From assembly GCA_965140445.1 (NCBI GenBank), contig OZ223236.1, positions 224,001-288,000 of the forward strand: 64,000 nucleotides of DNA, read 5' to 3'. This DNA is from Candidatus Ozemobacteraceae bacterium (GTDB lineage: Bacteria; Muiribacteriota; Ozemobacteria; Ozemobacterales; Ozemobacteraceae). Shown here in pieces: positions 20,793 to 29,718 of this stretch (position 1 is the first letter of the stretch; every line of letters starts with the position of its first letter). Below the pieces are notes generated by a model, which saw only the letters and a list, made by a program, of their open reading frames with translations, ran no database searches and was not told the DNA's origin. Position numbers and translations under genes: made by a program.

Positions 20793-21929
20793 GTGATGAC
20801 CGATTCTCGCGAAAAGATTTTTAGCAGCTTGCTAGATCTTATTGCACTAAAGGATCCTACTGTTTTTCAAGATCCAGAGAACTTTGAGCAACTCATGCAA
20901 AAGAGTGGGAACTGGCCAGAAATGCCAGAAATCTCTGCGCTTAAAGCTGGCTTGATCGAAAGGTTCCCCTGGGAACTCCAAAAAGAACCCAATGGACTGG
21001 TAACAGCTAAATCAGCACAAATACTCAGCAAAAACCTGCAAAAAAAATATAACTTTGAAGATGAGGTTGCATATTGGGCAGTTGAATGCTGGGCAAAAAG
21101 CCTTGGATTAACACTTGAGAAACGGGTGCAAAATCTCAAAAAAGTTCCTGATAAACCTCAACAACAAACAGCCGCCCCACAGACTTCCGAACAGGTTCCT
21201 GTATCTGGATTTAGCGAAATAAACATAGGCCAAAGCCGATTAGGCTTAATCTTTGGAGTAGACGAGAAAGGCTTGATAAAAGTTTTCAAGTCCTGGTGGA
21301 GCCCTGAAAATGAAAGTGAAGCTGCGCGACTTGTCGCAACTTTTGTTAAATCTGAACCACCAAAAAACAGGCCTCTTTTTTCTGGAAGTCCAAAACCTGG
21401 AATCAGCAAAACTAATAAACCGATCCCAACTAAGAAGCCGGGCATTTCTCAGGTAAAAAACCCAGATTCCCAACAAAGCGTTTCTGCGCCGACAAAAAAA
21501 GATACCCACAATGCGTCTTCCATAGCACCAAAAGCCAATCATATAAGCCAACCGAAAGAGATCTCTGACCCAGCTTGTCAGAAGGCAAACGCCTTTTTAC
21601 CAGGAGGGGGCGGAAAAGTTAATATTCGGCAAGCTTTAAAATTACTTCAAGATGCTTCAAACAGTGGGTCAATGGCTGCAAGAAGAAAGATCGCGGAAAT
21701 TTATCTTAAAGGCATTGGAGTAAAGCAAAATTCCGAAGCCGCATCAAGATGGTATTTGTCAGCGGCAGAAAATGGCGACGCAGAAGCTCAATTTCAACTT
21801 GGCAGCCTTTATCAATGTGGCGTAGGAGTTCCCTTCAGCCTGGAGAAAGCCCAGGACTGGCTTCAAAAAGCAGCTAATCAGGGTCACATTGAGGCCAAAG
21901 AATTACTCAATCAATTGTTACAGGCATAG
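20793..21929 (+). CDS. Sel1-repeat protein with an uncharacterised N-terminal helical domain
   Basis: C-terminal Sel1 repeats (YLKGIGV, AQFQLGSLYQCGVGV, WLQKAANQGH) after a Pro/Lys/Ser-rich linker. Confidence 0.85.
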   Translation: MMTDSREKIFSSLLDLIALKDPTVFQDPENFEQLMQKSGNWPEMPEISALKAGLIERFPWELQKEPNGLVTAKSAQILSKNLQKKYNFEDEVAYWAVECWAKSLGLTLEKRVQNLKKVPDKPQQQTAAPQTSEQVPVSGFSEINIGQSRLGLIFGVDEKGLIKVFKSWWSPENESEAARLVATFVKSEPPKNRPLFSGSPKPGISKTNKPIPTKKPGISQVKNPDSQQSVSAPTKKDTHNASSIAPKANHISQPKEISDPACQKANAFLPGGGGKVNIRQALKLLQDASNSGSMAARRKIAEIYLKGIGVKQNSEAASRWYLSAAENGDAEAQFQLGSLYQCGVGVPFSLEKAQDWLQKAANQGHIEAKELLNQLLQA

Positions 21930-21946
21930 CCTGTAGGAGGAATAAT

Positions 21947-22165
21947 ATGACGCAACCAGAAATATGTGTAAATCAGACTCTTCTGCTCTGGTGCGGAGTT
22001 GTAATTGTCGAAATATTTATTTTAGCGCAGTTGATGAGCTTTCCGTGGATTATCCTGTCGGGATTTATTTTAGTAAGCCCAATAAAAGCAGCTTTAAACT
22101 GGCCTAAACCACTGCAAACAAAAGAAAAAATCTCCACTGATTCAGAAAAAATCGAAGGTAAGTAA
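21947..22165 (+). CDS. Small membrane protein (about 2 TM)
   Basis: AGGAGG RBS, hydrophobic core, stop 5 bp before the srfB start. Confidence 0.7.
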   Translation: MTQPEICVNQTLLLWCGVVIVEIFILAQLMSFPWIILSGFILVSPIKAALNWPKPLQTKEKISTDSEKIEGK

Positions 22166-22170
22166 CACTA

Positions 22171-24930
22171 ATGGAAAAGCTTGAATTCTTAGTATCAACT
22201 GGCATCTCTTTTTATTCACCAGATTATGATTGCCGCTTATCCGATCTTCTTATGCAAAAAATGTGGCACTTTAGAGTTCTTCAGTCACAAAGCGGAGCAA
22301 TTAGCCTTCAACTTGGCTCTAAGCCGATCACAAATGCAAGTTCATCAAGCCAGGGTGATCTATTGGACATTGGTGGTCTTTCGGTTAGATTTCAGGACAT
22401 TTTTGAAGCTAGCCTCGGAAAATGGTTGCCAATGCCTTTTTCAAGAAAAGCTCCTGATGGGAATATATCCAGCAGAAGTGTGGACTGGGCCAGGGTTTTT
22501 CTACACAGATCTCCATTACAAACAGATGAAAATGCTTTTAAATTAGTAATTTCAGTGGATACAACGGTAAATTCAGGAACAAACTCGAATGACAAATCTG
22601 AAAATACAGGACTGTTCCCTGAGGACGTTGGTTCAGCATTCGAGATAAACCCTGGCGCAATAGAATTTTGGCAAACGCCTTCAATGCTTACGTGGATAAA
22701 AAATTCCCTGAAAGGAGTTCCTGCGGAGGGAAGTGAAAATGCTCCTCCGTATGCAGCCTCTCTTGCGGCCTTCATGGCCCTGATGGATGGCTTAAAACAG
22801 GCCGAGATCCTCCCGGAAATCACTTTCCTGTATCCTGAAGGACAGGAAATAGATGTAAACCTTATCCTCGACCTTGGTAATAGCAGAGCATGCGGTGTTT
22901 TAGTGGAACAAGCTCCTGGACAGCAAGTAAGCCTGGACGAATGTTGCAAGCTTGAGATCAGAGATTTGCAGGAGCCTCGCGAAATTTATACAGAACCTTT
23001 TGACACGAGCTTTAAATTTCAACCCCCGCTTTTCCAGGATCCCAAGAATCCAATTCCCGGCAATGGAGAAAAGTTTGCCTGGCCAAGTATTATTCGAGTC
23101 GGACAGGAAGCTGCAAAACTTGAACCTACCGACGTTGGCGACACTGGAATGTCCAGTCCCAAACGATATCTTTGGGACAACAATCAAAAACACTTTCCAT
23201 GGTATTTCAATCTTGCTGATGAGCAACTTGGTAAAAAAATTGGAGCAAATTTTTTAAAATACCTTGATGAAAACGGAATTTTCAAAGGCGAAAATGCTCA
23301 GCCACCTTTTGAACCTTGCTATCCGCCAAGCTCTTTGATGACATTCCTTATACTGGAAATTCTTTGCCATGCGTATGCCCAGATAAACTCTTTTTCATAC
23401 AGAAAATCTCGCGGCCATAGGCTTGCCGGAAGAACTCTAAAAAATATTGTTATAACAACACCTTGCGGAATGTCTTTACCAGAGCGCGATCTTTATTTCC
23501 AAAGAGTTCAATCTGCAATTGATACATTCTTCCAGGTCAACAAAATGCCCGAAGCCAAAAAGCCACAACTTCATTTAGAGTTTGATGAGGCAACGGCCGT
23601 GCAACTGACTTACCTTTATGGAGAAGTTAAACACCACTTTCTTGGCGATGCCCAGGATGCAATAGCCTCTCTGGGACGCGAAAGAACGAATGAGTTCGGA
23701 AGCAGGGAAAAGGTTTTCCGATTAGCCAGTATAGACATTGGTGGCGGAACCAGTGACTTAATGATCGCCGAATACGCCTCTGTTAATGGTGAATACACTG
23801 GAGTAAAACAGAAAATGCTTTTTTCAGAAGGTTTTTCTGTTGCAGGAGATGAAGTCGCAAAGCGAATCATCGAAAAATTAGTGTTAAAAAGAATTTTTCT
23901 ATGGGCACAGGAAAAAAATCCAAATATTGCCTGGGAAGAATTCCAACTCTTCTTTGGACCGGGTAGAGGCGGCAGAGATAAGCATTTTAATGACATGAAG
24001 GCAGAACTTTGCAGACAAGTCTGGATACCAATGGCTCACCGCCATCTGGAGTTTGCTGAATTAAATTCAGATGATCCTGACATAGAATTAAGTTTCGATA
24101 GGTTCTTCCCATACAGAATGCCAGGAGCAAACGTTTTAGATTTCTTTGCTGAACATATGAGGAAAGACTTTGGTTGTGATATAACCCTGCCAGAAATCCC
24201 ATGGGAAATATCCAGAACCAAGGTTAATGCAGTTATTTCAAATGTTCTGGAAAATATTCTGAGAATTTTTTCTGAAGTTATCGCCCAATTTGATTGTGAC
24301 GCACTTATTCTTGGGGGAAAACCTTCTTCACTACCTATAATTCGCGACATATTGATTCGGTTGATGCCTGTTCCTTCCGCCAAAATAATTGGTTTAAAGG
24401 GCTATTCAGTGGGAAATTGGTATCCCTTCTCTCAAAAAGGAGGCGGAATTTCCGATCCAAAAACCACATGCGTAATGGGTGCTGTTGTCTGGCTATTCGC
24501 GGAGAAACTGAATAATCTTGATGGACTAAGCCTGACCACTGATAATAGCATGATTAAACAAAGAGAGTGTTTCATTGGGCCTTTCGATAAAGAAGTAATG
24601 ACTCTTGAAAACAGCCTTTTCCCAACTGAAGGAAATACGCCAGCATCACTATTTGCCACAAAATCAACCCTCCTGGGTGTAAGAAGAATTGATTCAAATG
24701 TTTGCATGGTTAACCCAATCTGGGAACTAAATCTGGATAGGGATCAGCTGAAAGGCAACGGTCCTTTTGAGATAAAAATAGCCCAGGATCAGAGTCATAG
24801 AGAATGCCTGGAAATAGTTGAAATAAAGGATGAAAAAGGAACTCGCTGTAAAGCAGAACATGCCAGATTAAGCCTTCGCACTATGATAAATGACCAATAC
24901 TGGCTTGATACCGGTTGTTTCGATCTATAG
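22171..24930 (+). CDS. srfB: SrfB family protein (Hsp70/actin-like ATPase fold)
   Basis: Motifs WLPMPF, DWAR, LDLGNSRACG, FAWPSIIRVG.EA, GMSSPKRYLWD, DEAT, IDIGGGTSD and DPKTT. Confidence 0.9.
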   Translation: MEKLEFLVSTGISFYSPDYDCRLSDLLMQKMWHFRVLQSQSGAISLQLGSKPITNASSSSQGDLLDIGGLSVRFQDIFEASLGKWLPMPFSRKAPDGNISSRSVDWARVFLHRSPLQTDENAFKLVISVDTTVNSGTNSNDKSENTGLFPEDVGSAFEINPGAIEFWQTPSMLTWIKNSLKGVPAEGSENAPPYAASLAAFMALMDGLKQAEILPEITFLYPEGQEIDVNLILDLGNSRACGVLVEQAPGQQVSLDECCKLEIRDLQEPREIYTEPFDTSFKFQPPLFQDPKNPIPGNGEKFAWPSIIRVGQEAAKLEPTDVGDTGMSSPKRYLWDNNQKHFPWYFNLADEQLGKKIGANFLKYLDENGIFKGENAQPPFEPCYPPSSLMTFLILEILCHAYAQINSFSYRKSRGHRLAGRTLKNIVITTPCGMSLPERDLYFQRVQSAIDTFFQVNKMPEAKKPQLHLEFDEATAVQLTYLYGEVKHHFLGDAQDAIASLGRERTNEFGSREKVFRLASIDIGGGTSDLMIAEYASVNGEYTGVKQKMLFSEGFSVAGDEVAKRIIEKLVLKRIFLWAQEKNPNIAWEEFQLFFGPGRGGRDKHFNDMKAELCRQVWIPMAHRHLEFAELNSDDPDIELSFDRFFPYRMPGANVLDFFAEHMRKDFGCDITLPEIPWEISRTKVNAVISNVLENILRIFSEVIAQFDCDALILGGKPSSLPIIRDILIRLMPVPSAKIIGLKGYSVGNWYPFSQKGGGISDPKTTCVMGAVVWLFAEKLNNLDGLSLTTDNSMIKQRECFIGPFDKEVMTLENSLFPTEGNTPASLFATKSTLLGVRRIDSNVCMVNPIWELNLDRDQLKGNGPFEIKIAQDQSHRECLEIVEIKDEKGTRCKAEHARLSLRTMINDQYWLDTGCFDL

Positions 24931-24982
24931 ATGAATAATTGAAAATCAAGTTTTCTTGATTTCTTTTAAAAGGAGTTTAATT

Positions 24983-25771
24983 ATGAGTGACAGAAATGAG
25001 CTATTCCCGTTTCCAGAACAATCAGACGGAGAATCTGGTCACTCCGATATAGCTGCCAAAAAATCGCTCCCAAGCTTCCCTGGCTCCGAAAGCTCTTCCA
25101 AGTCAGAGCTTTCTACAGAAGAAATTTTAGAGCTGAGAAAAATTATGCAATTATTTCGCGAAAACTCCTCAGATAAAATCCTGTCCTCGTTTACATCTGA
25201 AAACGAAGATGAAGAAAATGATCAAGAAGAAATTGAGCCTCCAATACTTCCCGCCTTCAATGAATCTTTGACCAATCTCACTGACTCTAGCTTTGATTTC
25301 CAAAAAGAGGCTATTCAATTAATAAAATCGAGTTCCAGTCGAGAAGAATTAGATAAAACAACTTTCGATAACCTTATATCTATCCTGGAAGAAATCAACG
25401 ATAAAAGTCTGTTTTTACACCTATTTACCGCCATAAGCGGTTCTTTTCCAATAAAGCAGTGCTTAAGAAACGGGACTCCAGAACAAAAAATATTTGCGCT
25501 ATCCGCAATTGGGGATCGTTTCTTTCAGAGCATTTCGGGATTAGTTTTTCCACAAAGAAAAAGGCTTATCAAGGCAATCGGCAAATATTTCACTGAAGTT
25601 TCTGTTTCCTTTTCTTTTATTCAGATGGAAGGTGAAAATTTTAATCCCCAATATCACGAAAGAGTTCCTGGTTCATCGGCTACGGGGCGTGTAATAAAGG
25701 AAATGAGGGGTTTCTTAGTTGTGGGAAAAGAAAACAGTCAGATAACTAGAATTAGCCCGGTATTAACATGA
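24983..25771 (+). CDS. Hypothetical protein with a GrpE-like C-terminal beta domain
   Basis: AGGAG RBS. The C-terminus GENFNPQYHE...GRVIKEMRGF...RISPVL resembles GrpE G..FDP..HE...G.V....GY....R.A.V. Confidence 0.6.
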   Translation: MSDRNELFPFPEQSDGESGHSDIAAKKSLPSFPGSESSSKSELSTEEILELRKIMQLFRENSSDKILSSFTSENEDEENDQEEIEPPILPAFNESLTNLTDSSFDFQKEAIQLIKSSSSREELDKTTFDNLISILEEINDKSLFLHLFTAISGSFPIKQCLRNGTPEQKIFALSAIGDRFFQSISGLVFPQRKRLIKAIGKYFTEVSVSFSFIQMEGENFNPQYHERVPGSSATGRVIKEMRGFLVVGKENSQITRISPVLT

Positions 25772-25802
25772 CCATTTACAGAATAAATCGAGAGGTAAAC
25801 CT

Positions 25803-27074
25803 GTGGGTATTTTAGCAAAAACCAAAACCAGTGGATTCCGCACTTCATTTTTCAGGAATCAGCCGGTTCATGAATTTTATGGCCATTTGCAAGCTGTTAT
25901 GAGAGAAATCTCACCATCAGGCGAGATGGAACACCTTTTTGCAAAACCATTCTTTCCAACTGAAAGTGGCAAGGATGGGCAAGAGATAGAATGGTCAACA
26001 GAGCTATCCGGCTCTCCCATCAAATTTCAGGATTTACCAGAGGCAAAGCAAAAAGATGTAGCAAACCTGCTCACCAACTACATCGAAAAAATTCGAAAAT
26101 ATTCTGACTCAATGCAGAATAAAACTGGAATCCAAAAAGATTATGCAGACTATTTGAAAGCAGTAAGCATGTCTCCAGATCTAAGTCAGATCTTTTTGGT
26201 TGCCGACAGGCCCGTTCTAGTTCATTGGGGATTTATATGTGAAGATGGAAAACACCCTGGACAGGGTATTTATGCTGGCTGGGATGAGTTTGTTGCAGAA
26301 ATAAAACAACCACAAAAAGTCAGGCAGAAGCCCTCTTCGGTAAGCACTCCCCCCGAAAAACTAAACGAGCCAAAAATTCAAGAAGCTCCTATTGAGCCTC
26401 CTAAGGCTAAAGCTGAAAAATCAACAATTCCAGAGGTATTTGCACAGCCACCTGTGGATAAAAAGCCTCAGGAAACTCCTAAAAAAGAAGATCAAAAATC
26501 TGACGATCCTCCCAAACCAGTTGAAAATGACTTAAATAAAGAAAAAGAGATGATTTCATGTGGACTTGGAGCCTACTCATGGGTTAAGTGGCTGGCCATT
26601 ATTTTGGCAATCATTATTCTACTTTTGTTGCTTCTTAAACTTATATTACCAAAAAACCCACTAGCAGGCGGCATGCCGGGAATGTCTGGAATCCCTGGCC
26701 TATCTGGCGGCGGCGGCGGCGGCGGTGGAGGAGGAGGAGATTTATCTTCTCTTGAAAGTCTCCTTGGAGGAAAAGGTGGAAAAGGTGGAAAAGGTGGAAA
26801 AGGCGATTTACCATCTCTCGGAGGTGGAAAAGGAAAAAATAGTTCTAAAGGCTCCCAAAAGGGCTTGTGCCCGCACTGTGGACACTCCATAAGCCAGCCT
26901 ATGAACGGAGAAAAACAGTCTCAATCCGAACCAAAATCAACTGAACCTCCCCTAAAACCAACAGAAGCATCTGAAACAGGTTCAGAGCCTAAAACAGAAG
27001 ATGCCACAGGTATAAATACCAGCTCTGAAGAAACATCAGTAAACGATACAAAATCTGAAAACAAATCAAATTAG
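25803..27074 (+). CDS. srfA: SrfA-like single-pass membrane protein
   Basis: QPV...LFAKP...IEW and PVLVHWGF as in the SrfA N-domain; TM helix WLAIILAIIILLLLLL; GTG start with GAGG RBS. Confidence 0.7.
   Translation: MGILAKTKTSGFRTSFFRNQPVHEFYGHLQAVMREISPSGEMEHLFAKPFFPTESGKDGQEIEWSTELSGSPIKFQDLPEAKQKDVANLLTNYIEKIRKYSDSMQNKTGIQKDYADYLKAVSMSPDLSQIFLVADRPVLVHWGFICEDGKHPGQGIYAGWDEFVAEIKQPQKVRQKPSSVSTPPEKLNEPKIQEAPIEPPKAKAEKSTIPEVFAQPPVDKKPQETPKKEDQKSDDPPKPVENDLNKEKEMISCGLGAYSWVKWLAIILAIIILLLLLLKLILPKNPLAGGMPGMSGIPGLSGGGGGGGGGGGDLSSLESLLGGKGGKGGKGGKGDLPSLGGGKGKNSSKGSQKGLCPHCGHSISQPMNGEKQSQSEPKSTEPPLKPTEASETGSEPKTEDATGINTSSEETSVNDTKSENKSN
26706..26804 (+). repeat. In-frame low-complexity repeats in srfA
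   Basis: (GGC)6-GGT-(GGA)4 at 26706-26738 and the 9-mer GGAAAAGGY x4 at 26769-26804. Confidence 0.85.
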
Positions 27075-27128
27075 CAATAAAGTGATTTAGATTATAAATA
27101 TGATCTAAATATCCGCAGGAGATCACAA

Positions 27129-29702
27129 ATGCAGCAAGGGAACCTTCGACCTGAAGAACAAAAAGTAATAAAAATAGCTGACCAGCTAATAGAGCTGTTA
27201 AATAGCAGTTCAGATTGGTCAGCAAGCTATCTGAAAGATTCTCAGATTAGAAAGTTTATGGATAAAATTCTCCATGAGAAGCAGGTCACAGTCAGAAAAA
27301 TCAAAGATTCAGCATATCGTCCCCTTGCATTAGGCGTTTTTGGTGCGAGTCAGTGCGGAAAATCCTATCTGGTTTCGGAGCTAGTGCGCGGTGGCTCAAA
27401 TTCTCTTTCTGTCCTTTTAAATCAAGCTGACCAGCAACCAGTTCCAAGAGATTACCTGGAAGAAATCAACCCTGCCGGAGGCAGAGAAAGCACCGCTATA
27501 GCAACCAGATTCACCACAAGACCATATAAACAAATACCAGGTTGCTCCGCTTATATAAAGCTTTTAAGTACAACTGACCTGATAAAAATCTTTCTGAATG
27601 GTTTCCTGTTTGAATGCCAATCAGACTTTATGCCGTCTTCTGAAGAGCTGCAAAAAATCAGATATTCTTTCAGAAGCTATTCAGGCCGCAACAATGGCCC
27701 CGGTCTGTTAAAAGAAGAAGATGTTTGGGATCTGCAAGACTATGCCAGGAGACATTTTCACAATCAATTTCTCAAAATGCTGGAAGACATAAACTATTGG
27801 GGAATCCTGAATGACGAAGTTCGCCATCTTCCAACCGATCAGCAAATTACTTATCTTGAGTGGCTTTGGGGAAGATTTCCCAAAATTACAGAGTTATTCA
27901 GACATCTTCAAAGCGAATTGGGTTCGATGAGCGGCGAAGTTGTAGGAATCTTTGACGACGCTCTCCTGCCCAGGACCAATAGCATAATTGATGTTCAGCG
28001 ATTATCCCAGCTAATGAAGGTTGGCAATCGCAAATGCCAGGTTGTAAGGGCCGATGGTACAAGAATTGGAGTTGACTCAGCGGTTCTTTGTGCGCTGACT
28101 TCAGAACTAATACTCCAAACTAAATCAATTGATCCAGATGCCCTTTTACAAAAACTGGATGTTCTGGATTTTCCTGGTGCCAGAGCCAGAGCGCAAGTTT
28201 TTGATGTTTCCAGAATTTCTAAAGACCACGATTCTTTAATTGAAGTATTCCTTCGTGGGAAGGTTGCTTACCTTTTCGACCGCTATTCGGATGACAGAGA
28301 TATAACCGGCCTTCTTCTTTGCCAGGAAGGTGGACCACAAGAAGCTAAATCTCTACCTTACATGGTAAACAAATGGGTCGAGTGGAGCCAGGGCAAAGAA
28401 CCCAAGCAAAGGGCTGGGAAACTGCCCCTTCTGTTCCACGTTTTCACAAAATTCGATATGGATTTAATTAGAAAACGTGGCGAGGACCCTTCAGTAAGAT
28501 GGGATAGCAGGCTAAAAACAAATTTTGAGGAATTCTTTGGACGTGTTGGAGAATGGGTTCAAGAGTGGGAAGAAAATAAACCCTTTCAAAATTGTTTCTG
28601 GGTGAGAAATCCAAATGTTCAGCAAACAGTATTTGGAAGAGACAAGGACGGAACAGAGTTTATTCGCGATGAAGAGCAACTGATGCAGATTATGAACGAA
28701 TATCTGGCCAATAATTATGTCCAGAAGCACCTGAAAAATCCAAAAGAAGCCTGGGAAAAAGCAGCTTCGCCAGGACAATCCGGCATCCCATATCTTGTTG
28801 AAACCATAAAAAACAGTATGGATGCCAACACAAAAGTAAGTCAGTTACAAAATAATCTCAGTCTTATTTTTGCTGAGTTGAAAACCCATTTGAACCCTTA
28901 CTTTATTGGTGATGACATCACCAAAGCCCGCTCTCTGGCAGAAGAAAGAGCTAAGAAACGTCTCATTTCTCTTGGAAAAGAAATGGCAACTCGATATTCA
29001 CTCCCACAGATACTTGATCAAGATAAGCTTTCTATTTCTGACAAAACCATAGGAATGATATTTGACTCAGTATTAAACCCGATGGGCACAGATGAAGATG
29101 GTAACGATGCTTCCGGAATCATTCAGTCAGAAACCCCGGTTTTTGAAGAATCAATCTTTCAAATAGTTGAGACTCCAGCAGTAGAGCAAGAAAAAGCCCC
29201 ATCGAAAACCCCTGCAAAAAAAGGCGAAATTTTTGCTCAATCCGTTTTGAATAGATGGCAAAACCAATTGGCTCACCTGACTCAGGATACTGATCTACAT
29301 GAACAAACAGGTCTTACCCCGGAATGGTTTGCCGAGATCACTCAAGAAATTATAAAAGGCGCTTCACGCCTTGACATGGAAAAGCTTATTGCAAATGAAA
29401 GCGACTCTTACTTGAACGCACCTAATGCTACAAAGTTTTTACGAAAAACCTCGGTTAGAGTTGCTTCAATTCTAAATAAATTTATAGTTGAGCTTGGACA
29501 GGAACGCCGTGAAAAACCCATTCCAGAAGGTCCACCAAAAGCAACTCTTTCCGCAAAAGCCTATCCCGGTCTGGCAATTTATCAGCATTGGGCAAGTTCA
29601 TTAATTCAGATGTTTAAAGATAATGTGGCTGAAGCATCTGCAGATGATGAACAAAGCAATATAGCTCTTGAAAGAATCTTAAAAACTAATATAGAAATCT
29701 AG
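27129..29702 (+). CDS. srfC: SrfC family P-loop GTPase (dynamin-like)
   Basis: G1 GASQCGKS, NP.GGRESTA..TRFT, G3 DFPGAR, RGKVAYLFDRY and G4 TKFD. Confidence 0.9.
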   Translation: MQQGNLRPEEQKVIKIADQLIELLNSSSDWSASYLKDSQIRKFMDKILHEKQVTVRKIKDSAYRPLALGVFGASQCGKSYLVSELVRGGSNSLSVLLNQADQQPVPRDYLEEINPAGGRESTAIATRFTTRPYKQIPGCSAYIKLLSTTDLIKIFLNGFLFECQSDFMPSSEELQKIRYSFRSYSGRNNGPGLLKEEDVWDLQDYARRHFHNQFLKMLEDINYWGILNDEVRHLPTDQQITYLEWLWGRFPKITELFRHLQSELGSMSGEVVGIFDDALLPRTNSIIDVQRLSQLMKVGNRKCQVVRADGTRIGVDSAVLCALTSELILQTKSIDPDALLQKLDVLDFPGARARAQVFDVSRISKDHDSLIEVFLRGKVAYLFDRYSDDRDITGLLLCQEGGPQEAKSLPYMVNKWVEWSQGKEPKQRAGKLPLLFHVFTKFDMDLIRKRGEDPSVRWDSRLKTNFEEFFGRVGEWVQEWEENKPFQNCFWVRNPNVQQTVFGRDKDGTEFIRDEEQLMQIMNEYLANNYVQKHLKNPKEAWEKAASPGQSGIPYLVETIKNSMDANTKVSQLQNNLSLIFAELKTHLNPYFIGDDITKARSLAEERAKKRLISLGKEMATRYSLPQILDQDKLSISDKTIGMIFDSVLNPMGTDEDGNDASGIIQSETPVFEESIFQIVETPAVEQEKAPSKTPAKKGEIFAQSVLNRWQNQLAHLTQDTDLHEQTGLTPEWFAEITQEIIKGASRLDMEKLIANESDSYLNAPNATKFLRKTSVRVASILNKFIVELGQERREKPIPEGPPKATLSAKAYPGLAIYQHWASSLIQMFKDNVAEASADDEQSNIALERILKTNIEI

Positions 29703-29718
29703 TTTGCAAAGCTAAATC

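Noticed and set aside
26706..26804. Short tandem repeats as a CRISPR array or phase-variation switch
   Set aside because: There are no spacers, and the units are multiples of 3 inside a Gly-rich coding linker, so they cannot switch the frame.
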